A stretch of DNA of 64,000 bases from Octopus vulgaris (lineage: Eukaryota): positions 112,716,001 to 112,780,000 of the forward strand of contig OX597823.1 of assembly GCA_951406725.2 (NCBI GenBank). The letters run 5' to 3'. This document shows, in pieces, positions 26,436 to 39,019 of this stretch; position 1 is the stretch's first letter, and the number at the start of each line of letters is the position of its first letter. Made by a program: the position numbers and the translations under genes. The notes under the pieces are model-generated. The model was not told the origin of the DNA. It saw nothing but the letters and a program-made list of their open reading frames with translations, and did no database searches.

Positions 26436-26663
26436 TGTCCCACTCATACTAGCATGGAAGGTGAACGTCAAACGATGACGATAATGATATATATATATAT
26501 AGTGGTTGTATACTGTCAACTCAACGTGACAGTCCTGTAAGGGAATTACACCACCGCCATTTAGCCCTAGGAAGCATTGACATCTCCTGTTGGCTTTGAC
26601 AAATTTTCTGTGTCCTTATATTTGCAAAGGGGAGGCAATCACCCCCGCTAGCTGGGACTAGCA

Positions 26664-26709
26664 CCTGAAGACATATGTTTCTGAGTCTATTGCTCATCAT
26701 CAGTACAGG
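26664..26709 (-). ncRNA. Type I hammerhead ribozyme motif, canonical core
   Basis: RC: cctgta-CTGATGA-tgag-caataga-ctca-GAAA-catatg-TC-ttcagg; stem I 5/6 bp, stem II 4 bp, palindromic ACAUAUGU at helix III, GUC site. Confidence 0.8.
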
Positions 26710-26797
26710 GTATCCAATCTCGCTCGCTGAGATGACTGCAACCTCTCTGCAAATATATCCTATTTTCAGTAAAATTTATTTACTGAAATTTATTTAT

Positions 26798-26845
<48 letters not shown>

Positions 26846-26899
26846 AAAAAAGAAGTTTGAAAACGCCACTATATTAGATAAATTTGAATTTTCTTATGA

Positions 26900-26944
26900 A
26901 TTTTACATGTTTCGGTTCTTGAAAAAACGAACCTTATCAAAAAT
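26900..26944 (-). ncRNA. Type I hammerhead-like motif with U3-A8 core variant
   Basis: RC: attt-TTGATAA-ggttc-gttttttcaa-gaacc-GAAA-catg-TA-aaat; 5-bp stem II, palindromic ACAUGU, GUA site. Confidence 0.65.
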
Positions 26945-27002
26945 ATTATAAAAGTGTAATGGAGAAGTATATATATATATATATTTATATATATTTACTA
27001 AA

Positions 27003-27044
<42 letters not shown>

Positions 27045-27628
27045 TTATATGAGAATATGACAATATTTGTTTCTGACTGTCTGTCTGTATGTCTGTCTCT
27101 TACTGAACTGTTTTCCATTTCCCAATGCCATCATTAAAAGACACATTTAGTTCACTTATTTAACTAACATTATTGAAAATTTGAATGAAGTAACTTATTA
27201 CCAGAAGTGAACAAAAAATATGAATTTGAATTCACGAACGTCTGTCTACTCAACTTTTTTGTAATTTCTTTCCATAATACATTACCTTTTCATAGAAAAA
27301 TAAGAAATGCCATCCGTCTCTATTAGACTTGCATTCACCAAATCAATAAACAAAAGTGAAAGGTAAAGCTTATCAAAATATGGCATTTATTTCTTCCTCC
27401 AAGAGTGTTCACACACAGACAGTTGTCTGGTGCTCTCAATTGAGTTGGGGATTCTTCTGACGTAAAGATTTTTCTCTGTTCAAAGATGCTCGACTGCATC
27501 AAGAGGATGTTGCAAGCACCCCAATTATGAAATTGCTAAATTCGCAAAAAAAATATTGCATACACCAGCATTGTTTTGATTTGTCAAAATTTCCTGTCTG
27601 GGGAATATTGCATGTAATGTTATATATA

Positions 27629-28046
27629 GACGTAGGATTGGCTGTGTGGTAAGTAGCTTGCTTACCAACCGCATGGTTCCGGGTTCAGTCCCACTGCGTA
27701 GCACCTTGGGCAAGTGTCTTCTGCTATAGCCTTGGGACGACCAAAGCCTTGTGAGTGGGTTTGGTAGACGGAAACTGAAAGACGCCCGTCGTATGTATAT
27801 ATATATATGTGTGTATGTGCGTGTGTGTGTTTGTGTGTCTGTGTTTGTCACCCCTCCCCCCAACATCGCTTGACAACCGATGCTGATTTATTTACATCCC
27901 CATAACTTAGCAGTTCGGCAAAAAAGAGACCGATAGAATATGTACTAGGCTTACAACGAATAAGTCCTGGGGTCGATTTGCTCGACTAAAGGTGGTGCTC
28001 CAGCATGGCCACAGTCAAATGACTGAAACAAGTAAAAGAATAAAAT
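27629..28046 (+). mobile_element. tRNA-derived SINE (family B), near full length
   Basis: Head ggctgtgtggtaagtagcttgc..ggttccgggttcagtccc, internal microsatellite, tail ggtggtgctccagcatggccacagtcaaatgactgaaacaagtaaaaga. Confidence 0.9.
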
Positions 28047-28898
28047 TTTTTTTTTTAAATAGTTATAAAAACAGGTAAAAATTTAATAAGTATTTTCTTC
28101 TATTAAATGTTTTATTTATTGTCAGTATTGCTTTACTTTCTTTTTTTGTTGTTTTTGAATATTTTAGTTCATTTTATTGATTTTGGTGAAGCAAGTTATT
28201 ACTTATTCTGTGTATAAAACAATGAATTATGTGCTGGTATATATGCTGTTCAGTTAAGGGCACGGCACCTTGGGTTGTGTATTCTAAACCCCTAAGCCAA
28301 CCAAAGTCACATGAGTGAATTTAGTAGTTGTAAATGGAAAGAAACCCATTCTGTACATGTGTGTATATGTATATTCATGTATGTGAGTATGTATTTGTGT
28401 GTTGGTGTGTACCTTTGTTTTGACACCGCATGGTTGTATGATGGGTGTTGTCATCATATAAGCGATGTTGTTCATTGTTAGACTTCCATGGAAAGCATGT
28501 CTGACCATGAGGAAATAGCGCCTTGCATGGAAGCAAGTGAGGATTGGTGACAGGAAGAGAACCTGCCTTAACAAATTCCAGCTCAAGAGTGAATGCTAAA
28601 AGTTGATGAAGAAAAGGATTATGTATAAATACCATCATCATCATCATCATCATCATTTAGCATCCATTTTCCATGCTGACACGGGGCAGATGGTTTGGTT
28701 GGAACTGGTGAGTTGGAGAGCTGCACCAGGCTCCAGACTAGTTTGGTTTGGTTTCTATGGCTGGATGCCTTTCCTAACACTATATATATATATATATATA
28801 TATATAGTTAATCCAAACAAGAAAGCACAAAAAAACACACAACAACGCGAGGATGTGGAACAAATATAGTATTATTGGACGCTCAGGAAAGAAGGAGG

Positions 28899-28933
28899 GT
28901 TTAACGTTTCGAGTGGAGCTCTTCGTCGGAAAC
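28899..28933 (-). ncRNA. Minimal hammerhead-like motif (U4C core variant) in a TA-flanked Penelope-like remnant (about 28806-29000)
   Basis: RC: gttt-CCGACGA-a-gag-ctcca-ctc-GAAA-cg-TT-aaac. Confidence 0.6.
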
Positions 28934-28996
28934 ATAGGAGAAGGAAAGATCCAGAGAAGGGAAGACAGAGGAAAACAATCACCAACGGTACACACG

Positions 28997-29094
<98 letters not shown>

Positions 29095-29255
29095 GTTATG
29101 AGAGGTAATGGTGTCAGTGTGGCCCAAAGGTGTCAGGTAATGTTGAGTAAGTACTATGGGTAGACCATAGTTAAGTTCCAGGTTCAGTGATTATGCGAAT
29201 AAGGGGTCCAACGTTGGTCATATACCAGCGTGTGTATATATAGACATGCAAAAAA

Positions 29256-29293
<38 letters not shown>

Positions 29294-30629
29294 TATATAT
29301 CATATACGTGTGTGTGTATTATACCATGAGCCCTTGGCACCTTACTGGAGAGTCATGGTGACATACAGTATATCTTGGGTATTGTAGGCCTCCCAGGATC
29401 TGACTTAGAGCTGATCTCTTACAGAAAGGTGAGAGAGACTGAGACAGAGAGAAAGAGTTTGAAAAAGTGAGGAATCAACCCTCATATAGAATTGATATTT
29501 TATATTTTTATTTCTCTCTCACTCTGTGTGTGTGTATGTGTGTAAAAGGTCAAAGGTCTTTTCTAAGACATAGGCTCGTAAGGCTGTTTTCCTGGATTCT
29601 TTAGGGTATATATTCTTCCACTGGACAGGATAGTGGTCCATTGTAGACTTACTCATTTGTGGACTGGAGCAATGCGAAATGAAGTGTTTTAATGCATTGC
29701 TCGGTCTAGGAATCAAAATCACAATCTTATGATCATGAGTACAATATCCTAACCACTAAGCCACGTGCCTCCACACACACACAAACATCTACACACACAC
29801 ATACAAATACACATGCATGTATGTATGATTAAACTAGCTGTCTTTTTATTTTGTTGTTGTTGTTTTTCATTGAACCAGGTTGAAAAAGACATTGTGTTTG
29901 GTGGTTGGTTAGGGGCCCCCTAAAACAACATAACTGTAATACTACCTTCTTAAGCTAATCAAATTCATTTAATCAGCTAACCTGAAACACACAAAGAAAA
30001 AACCAATCGTTGTGTTACCCATTCCCCGCTGGCAAACCATTCCTGTCAGCTCAGCTCGGGTGCGAATTGGTGTGAAAGAAAGCAACAGAATACGGCAGTT
30101 TCATTCCCTCGGGTTACAGGACTGATCGGTGGACGGGGAGGTTTCATTGAAGTAAAACATCTACCCTGATCTCCAATACCCACACCACTACCCAGCTATA
30201 AAGTCTTGGCAAATAATATGCCTCATTTCCTTTCTCAGCTGCATCACTGCCAATCCTTTAACTTGGAGTAATTGCAGGAAGTTTCTGCAGTCATTTCCGA
30301 CCCTGCAACACAATGCCATCAATTATGGACAATTTTTGGTTTACTATTTAAATGTTATTTTGAAGTTGTTTTTTTTTTAATTAGATAAATTATTTGTTTA
30401 ACAAGTTCTTACATTCTTCGGGACATCATTGTTATTTCTTTGATTAATTTTTTTTTTTCTTTGTTTACATTTTTTTTTTTTTTTTTTTGCAATGTTTGGT
30501 ATTTCTCATCTTTTACCTTTCTGCGTTCACTCCTCACTTCACCGTTTCTTTGCATCATTAGCAGAAAGAATGGAAAACTTAAAAAACGAAAGATGTTAAA
30601 AATTGTTTTAAAGAATCTAGAATACACCA

Positions 30630-30671
<42 letters not shown>

Positions 30672-31544
30672 CACCCCTCTGCATCTCCCCCCCACCGCCC
30701 CCTCGACATCCCCAACCCAAAACACCACTAAAAGATAAAGAAGACAGTGATAGAATCAGACAATTCAGCCGAATTAAATGAATTGCAAAGAGAAATACAG
30801 CCTAAGTTCCATTTAGAACACTTAATTCTTTGATTCAGCCTTTCATTCTGTAAGTGATGGCCACTGCTTACGGCACACACTCCTGCTGTCACTTAAAATT
30901 CACTCTTTAATCTTCCAATTATTTCTTCTGATTATTTCTCAATCCATCCTTCGCCTCTCTCTCTCTCTCTCTCTCTCTCCCTCTCTCCCTCCTCTACTTT
31001 TCTCTTCATCTGTCTTTCTATTTCTCTCTCTAATTTCACATCACTATTCCTCCCTTGCCTCTGATTCCTCTCACCCCAAAGCTAACCACTTCTTTTTCTT
31101 TCTCTCTGTCTCCTTCTGTCTTTCCCTCTCTCTCTCACACACACACACACACATATTATATGTTTCTACACCATATTTCTTACATTCTGTTTTTTCTACT
31201 CAATCGAAGCTGAATAGTCTGTCTTGCCTTCACTGTTAATCTGTCTAAGTACACTGTGCATCTAACCTTAATCATTTCATGACAGCCTTACTAATTAAAA
31301 GCTCTGTCTATGTGTTTTAAATCATTTTTCAAAATAATCAAAAATTCTGGAGGATTTAGCAAAATAACAAACATTTACACTATTAACTTTGTGTAAAGTG
31401 GTGAGCTGGCAGAACCATTAACATACAGGACAAAACGCTTCGCAGTATTTTGTCCACCTTTACATTCTGAGCCTAAATTCTTCCAAGGTCAGCTTCGCCT
31501 TTCATCCGTTCAGGGTCAATGAAATAAGTACCAGTCACGTACTG

Positions 31545-31840
31545 TTAGTTAGTTAGTTAGTTAGTTAATTTGGCTCAAAAGCAAATAGCAAGGCCATGTA
31601 GGGGGACATGGAGTTAAGTACAGGGTGGTGTTCATGTAAAGAGTTCAGGCCACTTGAGGTCAAGGGAGGCTTTGAACAAAGCGGTCGTCGGCATCTTCAC
31701 CATCTCGTCTGGCAGCTTGTTCCACGGATCCGCAACCCGGACGGAGAAAGCTCCTCTCCTTCGATTGAGATTAAATCATCGCAGGTAGAGCTTTTCGGAA
31801 CGACCCCGCAGCCGACGCTCTGGAGCAGGAGTGAAGAACA
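31545..31840 (-). mobile_element. CR1-clade LINE 3' end with (TAAC)n tail
   Basis: - strand FFTPAPERRLRGRSEKL..RRRGAFSVRVADPWNKLPDEMV..LFKASLD. Confidence 0.85.
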
Positions 31841-32954
31841 GGGTTGGTGTAAACAATTTCCACTCCAATTCAAAAGCTACAGGCCCTGTGAGAAAATTGG
31901 AATCTGATACTGACTTTGTGCATGGAACATAACAGAAACAGTCTTATGAGGGTGGGCTCATAAAAAAGTTCATTGGCTGAAACTCTCACATCAAGGAATT
32001 ATTATTTTCACTTCTAGACTTTTTGTCATCCAGCGAAACAGTTGCTTCTTCTTCAGAAGACTATCCTCAACTGCAAATTACTAACTCCTTACAAACGAGG
32101 TACACATTCTGGGTTACCCAACAAAATAGGGGTTATGTTTGTAATTAGAATAGTGGGATTCCAGTATCATCTTGGAAAATGGAACATCATGCCATGTAAT
32201 TGATTGTGTCAGCATGAAACTTCAAGTAATGGTCAGCTAAATCTAAATTATACTCTACACTGCATTGAGTGCTTTTTTCATTTGTATATCATAGTGTAGG
32301 CATGTTTTGATGAAAGATTGGTTATGAGAGATGCCACTTGCAAGAGCGTGACACTCAGAACTATGATGCAATACCAAGGAGACAGAAACGTGTGTGCACA
32401 CACATACACATATAGATAGATGCATAGATACATGGGCTTCTTTTAGTTTCCACCTATGAAATCCATGATTATATTAGAAGACTTGTCCAAGGTGCTTCAC
32501 AATGGGACTGAACTTGAAACCATGTGGTTGGGAAGCGAAACTTCTTACCATACTCCCATGCCTAGCCATGTTGTGTGTTTAAGCATACATACATATTGTG
32601 GCTTTTGATTTCTGGTGGCACGTTATGTCCTTGAGCAAGACACTTTATTTTCCATTCCCCCAGTCTACTCAGCTTGCAAAATTGAGCAGCACCTGTATTT
32701 AAAAGGGCCAGCCTTGTCACATTCTGTGTCACACTGAATGGGTATACTCATTCTGTTATGGGTATACTGTTATGGGTATACTCAGCCACTTGCATGTTAC
32801 TTTCACAAGCGGGCTGTTCCATTGATTAGATCTACTGAAACCCTCCTCATTGTAACTGAGGGAGTGTCGGGGCATGCATGCACTCACACCCATCCTTGTT
32901 CGTCTTCACTCACTTGATCACAATTACTCTAACCATAATCTCCATTAACAACTA

Positions 32955-33360
32955 CATCATCATCATCATCATCATCGTTTAGCATCCGCTTTCCATGCTA
33001 GCATGGGTTGGACGGTTCAACTGGGGTCTGGGAAGCCAGAAGGCTGCACCAGGCCCAGTCTGATCTGGCAATGTTTCTACAGCTGGATGCCCTTCCTAAC
33101 GCCAACCACTCCGTGAGTGTAGTGGGTGCTTTTTACGTGCCAGACGAGGCTGGCAAACGGCCAAGATTGGATGGTGCTTTTTACGTGCCACCGGCCCGGG
33201 GGCCAGATGAGGCTGGCAACGACCACAATCAGATGGTGCTTTTTACGTGCCAGTCGGGACGGTGCTGGCAACAGCCATGTTCGGATGGTTCTCTTACGTA
33301 CCACCGGCACTGGTATCACAGCTGCAATTTCCATTGATGTTGATCGATTTCGATTTTCAA
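32955..33360 (-). mobile_element. RTE 3'-end-derived repeat
   Basis: (CAT)n tail, core motif and tttacgtgcca units. Confidence 0.85.
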
Positions 33361-34101
33361 TTTTACATATAGGTATAAAACCTCAGCTGGCTTACTTTTC
33401 CTCAGTCTCCTCCAGCCACACCCATATCAGTAAGATACTCCACAGGATGGCTGAACCAGATGTGGTCCAGGAACTGGAGTTAGCCCTAGCTGATTAGACT
33501 GCCAAAGGTCTTGCCATTCCCATTCTGCAGATGTCCAATGTTACTGGGATACCATCAAATGCCTTTGTGGAGCAGAAGTCGATGAACCTGACCTGCATCC
33601 ATTATCCTGCAATTATAGCAAGAGCTGATTCTCCTGAAATGCTGCTCTGAATGACATAAGTGGGCAGGGCCTTAATGCAGGTGGGTTCCTGTCTCAAGTG
33701 GAGCAATAGGTTTCGACTGAAAGGACTGTAAGTGCCCCAACAGAATAACCCTTTCTATTCAAGGGAGACAGATGCTTAGTCTGGGATATATGACTTGCAG
33801 TGATGCATTCTCTGGCTCCAAGCCTGCTGCATTGGTTTCAAACCCAGTTATAACAGCAGAAGAAAGAAAAATAAATGAATACCAGTTTGCACCAGTCACT
33901 CTTGAGACCCCAGGTCTTCCTTGATTCAGTGCCACCAGTTTCCTTGTTGACCATCACCATCATGACCGTGGGGAACCGCTGAGTATGCCATTTGTTCTAG
34001 AGTGTGTGGCCCATTGTCCCCTACCCATTCTACTGCCTTATTTCTCCCCTATTTTTTCTTTTCCTGTTTCTTTGTAATTAAACTGGGATTCAATAGCATT
34101 T

Positions 34102-34450
34102 ATCATCATCATCATTGTTTAACGTCTGCTTTCCATGCTGGCATGGGTTGGACGGTTCGACTGGGGTCTGGGAAGCCAGGAGGCTGCACCAGGCCCAGTC
34201 TGATCTGGCAGTGTTTCTACAGCTGGATGCCCTTCCTAACGCCAACCACTCCGTGCTTTTTATGTGCCACCGGCACAGGTGCCAGGTGAGGCTGGCAATG
34301 GCCACGATCGGTTGGTACTTTTTACGTGCCACCAGCACGGAGGCCAGCTGGGGCGGCGCTGGCAACGGCCACGTTCGGATGGTTCTTGTGCCACCGGCAC
34401 TCGTATCATAACTACGATTTCCATTGATTTTTGAACGATTTTGATTTCAA
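34102..34450 (-). mobile_element. RTE 3'-end-derived repeat
   Basis: Same tail, core motif and repeat units as 32955-33360. Confidence 0.85.
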
Positions 34451-34735
34451 TTTATATTATTTCAAAGCTTTCGATTTTTATTATTTCAAAGCTCAGTAAA
34501 TCTCTTCTTTCCCTTAGCATTGGAAACATTATTCTACTTCTTCTTATATTGCTTAGAAACATTGTTATAGAATGCAAACTGTTGTACAATGTTGAAGCAG
34601 TTAACAGAGTTTTCAGTTGTTGGATCAATGAAATATGTAAAATAGAAGATTATTGCCCTCCCCACCATCCCAGATGCCTATATCTGGAGTGTATTCCATT
34701 ATGTGGTTAATGTTTCTTTGTATTGTATTTTTCAG

Positions 34736-35386
34736 GGTATTACCAAAGATAGTTACCACTCAAACCTAGCATCTTCTGCAAGTTACTCAAGTAATTATAT
34801 CCCTTCAGATCAGAAACTACTAAACAGACAGCAGATCTATACCAACCCAAACTGGCCTCCTCCCGGTGGATCTGGGGATCTTCATTACCGACCACATCCA
34901 GTCCGTGCACATGTCTCACCGCACCTGTTGGCATATCAACAGGCTTTGTCCACCAAACAACTAGATATTTCTCAGCATCATACCAAAATCAATGAGGCAT
35001 TGATAATGACCAGGACACCGTACTATGGCAGAAATGACACCACTGCATTGGCCCATAGCTTCAGTGGTGTCAGCACAAATTTCTGCCACAACTGCAAACA
35101 GACTTATTGTATCTGCAACTACAAAACTAAGCCCACTTCGCTTGCGTCCCACCAGCTCCATGCTGTGCCAGCAGCACCAACAGTAACAAAGGGACAGACT
35201 TTCACGACTGTAAAAGCCGCACCTGCAAAGAGTGCATTTGCATCTTCTGTGCGGAAGTCATTACCACCAGGCACAGAATCATCACAGAATGTAATTGTAC
35301 AAACAGAAATGGAAATTTTGGAACTCGGCATGCGAGCACGGGCCATCAAAGCAATGTTGCAAGCAGCATCTCAGTGTAACCCTTAA
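34736..35386 (+). CDS. CAAP1: Terminal coding exon of a CAAP1-like (caspase activity and apoptosis inhibitor 1 / C9orf82) gene
   Basis: Polypyrimidine tract and tttttcag acceptor at 34735, 216 non-repetitive open codons (phase 0) to TAA. C-terminal [22 protein letters not shown] resembles the recalled CAAP1 C-terminal motif [19 protein letters not shown]. The conserved N-terminal CAAP1 domain was not found in this window. Confidence 0.72.
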   Translation, partial: GITKDSYHSNLASSASYSSNYIPSDQKLLNRQQIYTNPNWPPPGGSGDLHYRPHPVRAHVSPHLLAYQQALSTKQLDISQHHTKINEALIMTRTPYYGRNDTTALAHSFSGVSTNFCHNCKQTYCICNYKTKPTSLASHQLHAVPAAPTVTKGQTFTTVKAAPAKSAFASSVRKSLPPGTESSQNVIVQTEMEILELGMRARAIKAMLQAASQCNP

Positions 35387-35479
35387 CATCAGGCAAGTGC
35401 CCCACACACACCCAATCACACACACACATACACACACACACACACATACATACATATATATATATATATATACATATAT

Positions 35480-35522
<43 letters not shown>

Positions 35523-35541
35523 TATATATATATATATACAC

Positions 35542-35620
<79 letters not shown>

Positions 35621-36043
35621 CACACATACATGTATACATATACGTGTTGTCATGGTAGGTTTGTTCCCGTTCTTTCTTTATTGCTGTGATGTTAATTGTG
35701 GACAATATATATGTGTGGATATGTGTGTAGGTCAATACAATTCATGCGTGTATGTTAGTGCTGTAGTTTTACATACTATTGTGTAAATTGGTCTATACAT
35801 ATACACCATATGTGTATATGAAAATATATATATATATTATTCTTAAACAGGAATGCTATTGATAGTGACCTCGAAGTTTCGGTCAGTGACTTCGAAGTCA
35901 TTGTTAAGAAAATTATTTTTTAAGAATAATTAATTTGTATCTACAAAATTGTAGAGTAACTTTTCAAATTTATGTAAAATTGTTTTTATTATAACTGAAT
36001 ATAAAAACAAACATTAATATAATATATATATATATATATATAT

Positions 36044-36339
36044 ATAACATAAGGGACATTAGCCATTTGAATGTGGCTAGGGACAGGGCAGGGCGGTGGG
36101 GGTGTTACTGATGCATTTAGCCCCAGGCGATCATCAACGTCACCAGATAGGCTGACACCATCACGGTGTCCTCTATCCTGCAAAGGGAATGATCTCCCTT
36201 TGCAGGATAGAGGACACCGTGATGGTGTCAGCCTATCTGGTGACGTTGATGATCGCCTGGGGCTAAATGCATCAGTAACACCCCCACCGCCCTGCCCTGT
36301 CCCTAGCCACATTCAAATGGCTAATGTCCCTTATGTTAT
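36044..36339. repeat. Perfect inverted repeat, 145-bp arms, 6-nt loop
   Basis: 36044-36188 is the reverse complement of 36195-36339; loop atgatc. The ORF track shows near-identical peptides on both strands. Confidence 0.97.
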
Positions 36340-36404
36340 GGAGCAGTTACTCTCTATATCTCGTTTAGAGAATTATTATTGCTATATATATATATATATA
36401 TATA

Positions 36405-36673
36405 TTAGAGGGAAACCACTATGTGGACACCCATATGTTAGAAATAGATCCGCTACAGTCTCCGCACTAAAAAATGTTCTCAAGAAAAATTTAGCAAAAC
36501 AACCAAAACGTAATCGAGCAAGACAAAAGAAAAAGCATAAAAAAATATGGATTATTCAACAAATTACGTAATCTTACTTGTTTTGCTAAATTTTTCTTGA
36601 GAACATTTATAGTGGTGAGACCGTAGCAGATCTATTTCTAGCATATGGGTGTCCACATAGTGGTTTCCCTCTA

Positions 36674-36674
<1 letters not shown>
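36405..36674. repeat. Inverted repeat, about 97-bp arms, 75-bp spacer, flanked by (TA)n on both sides
   Basis: 36405-36502 versus 36578-36674. Confidence 0.92.
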
Positions 36675-36710
<36 letters not shown>

Positions 36711-36806
36711 TTTACTGAATCTTCAGTGTTCTTTTATGCTAGACCACTGGTGTGAAATTGATGTTAATTAAATTAATATCTAATTTCTCACCCTCATTTT
36801 AAATTT

Positions 36807-36857
<51 letters not shown>

Positions 36858-37510
36858 TATATTTATGTGTATGTATGTTTCTAGATATTCATGTTATATG
36901 AAAAAGAAATAAATTATAGTTTTTTAATTGATGTGTTTTGCGCCTTGTTTTTCCTTTTCTTTTTCTTGCTTTCCTAAATTTGGTCAGTTGCTTCAAAAAA
37001 ATTGCTTGTTACGTCTCACTCGCATTCTCTTTATATGCTGATCTACAAGATGAACTGCCTGTGTTCTATTAACTATTTCTACACAGTGTCCTCTGACTTC
37101 ACCCAACAATTAACCCAATTGGAACTAACAGACATCATTTGAAGAATGTGGTAAAAGAAAACTCGAAAGAGTCAAGCTTTAACAATGAATCCGTACTCAT
37201 GGCAACGGAAGCTCTGTGGAGTGACAGAATCGTTAGAGAGATGAAATAATTTCTATGTCAGGAAAGTATTTTTGTCACACATTCTTTCCAGTTTTGACAC
37301 AAGGCCAGCAATTTCAGGAAAGGGAAGGGGAGAAATTCAATTAGATTAATTCTAGTACTTGACTGGTTCTTATTTTATTGACCCATGAGGTATGAAAGGC
37401 AAAGCTGATCTTGGCAGAATATTGAACTCGGATTGTAAAGTGCAGGGAGAAAAGTTTCTAAACATTTTGCCTGGTGTGGCAACAAGTCTGCCAGACACTT
37501 TTGTCATATA

Positions 37511-37542
<32 letters not shown>

Positions 37543-37544
<2 letters not shown>

Positions 37545-37890
37545 CATCATCATCATCATCATCATTTAATGTCTGTTGTCCATGCTAGCATGGGTTGGAC
37601 GGTTTAACTGGGCTGGCATGCTGGAAGGCCGCACCAGGCTCGAGTCTGATTTGGATGGTTTTCTACAGCTAGATGCCCTTCCTAATGCTAACCACTCCGA
37701 GAGTGTAATGGGTGCTTTTACGTGCCACCAGCATAGGTGCCATTTACGTGACACCGGTATCTGCCACAACTGTGATTTTGCATGGCTTGATGGCGCTTCT
37801 TCTCAAGCACAACATCATGCCAAAGGTCTCGGTCATTGCCTCCATGAGGCCCAACATCGAAAGGAATCCAACCACTTTGCTTCTATGAGG
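37543..37890 (-). mobile_element. RTE 3'-end-derived repeat
   Basis: (CAT)n tail and core motif. Confidence 0.75.
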
Positions 37891-37910
37891 CCCAGGCATT
37901 TATTATATAA

Positions 37911-38292
37911 CTAGCAGTATCGCCCGGCGTTGCTCGGGTTTGTAAGGGAAATAACTATAGAGGATTTTTTAGAGAGTTATAGCCAAAAAATAGCAAAAAA
38001 ATGGGAAAAAAAGATGGTAAATTTTTTTTTGATAGTTAAAAAGGTCGAGTTGCGTCCCCATGACCATCTGTGGTTTGTATTTCTGATTGTCGACACCATG
38101 TTGAATTTATCGATCTTTTTCAGAACTGGAACTTTTCAAAATTTTCGCTGTGTTAGTTTTGAATTATGACATTGGGCTATGTGTGTGTCAAGTTTCATCA
38201 GAATCGGTTGAAAGCCGTGGTCAGAGTGAGGGTACGAGAAAACAGACACACAGAAACACACACAGACAAATTGCCGTTTATATAGAGAGAGA
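37911..38292 (-). mobile_element. Non-autonomous Helitron
   Basis: A|CTAG plus hairpin gcccggcgttgctcggg at left, tatatagagagaga|t at right (TC..CTAG on - strand). Confidence 0.8.
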
Positions 38293-38896
38293 TGCTATAT
38301 TGTGTGCATGTGTATATACACACACACACACACATATATATAAACTAATAATAAGAACAGAGATTTATATATCCAGTTCCATTCTTCTTTCCATTTCTGC
38401 ACCTGCATATGTTTCTGCTGCAATTTCATGCACAGTGCAAAATCTTTGCTTTTTGGTGTTAATTTCCGCTTCTTCTGGTTGGTATTAAGAGCGTTTTGGA
38501 GCCCATCTGAACTAAATACAAGTCCAACCAAAACATTTCATACATGTGGTGTTAGTATACTAAAAGTAGCCTAAATTCTCACCTTTTCAACTCTGCTGGT
38601 TAGAAAAACTAGTGACCAGCAAATGCATTTCTTTTTAGAGTGGTGAATGGTAGTATATTTAGTATCAGGTTACTTAGTGCATGTATATATATATACACTC
38701 TTTTACTTGTTTCAGTCATTTGACTGCAGCCATGCTGGAGCACCGCCTTTAGTCGAGCAAATCAACCCCAGGACTTATTCTTTGGAAGCCTAGTACTTAC
38801 TCTAAGTCACGGGGACGTAAACACACCACCATCGGTTGTTCAAGCGATGTTTGGGGACAAACAAAGACACACAAACATATACACACACATACATAC

Positions 38897-38950
<54 letters not shown>

Positions 38951-39019
38951 ATTCGAGACAAAACCACTATTTTAAAACCAAACAAGGAAAGATTTGATAC
39001 TGATTAGAAGATCGAAAAT

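Noticed and set aside
27090-27610. Possible decayed hAT transposase C-terminus (YEIAKFAKKILHTPA)
   Set aside because: Only a short, frameshifted resemblance; no TIRs seen.
33370-33990. Possible host exon or LINE endonuclease remnant
   Set aside because: Stops in all frames and only a faint resemblance to an RTE endonuclease on the - strand.
35862-35904. Small 16-bp-arm hairpin with a gaaac..gtc half-motif on the - strand
   Set aside because: Three mismatches and no CUGANGA core; too weak to call a ribozyme.
35989-36571. Same peptide (MWLGTGQGGGG..) predicted on both strands
   Set aside because: A consequence of the perfect palindrome, not a gene pair.
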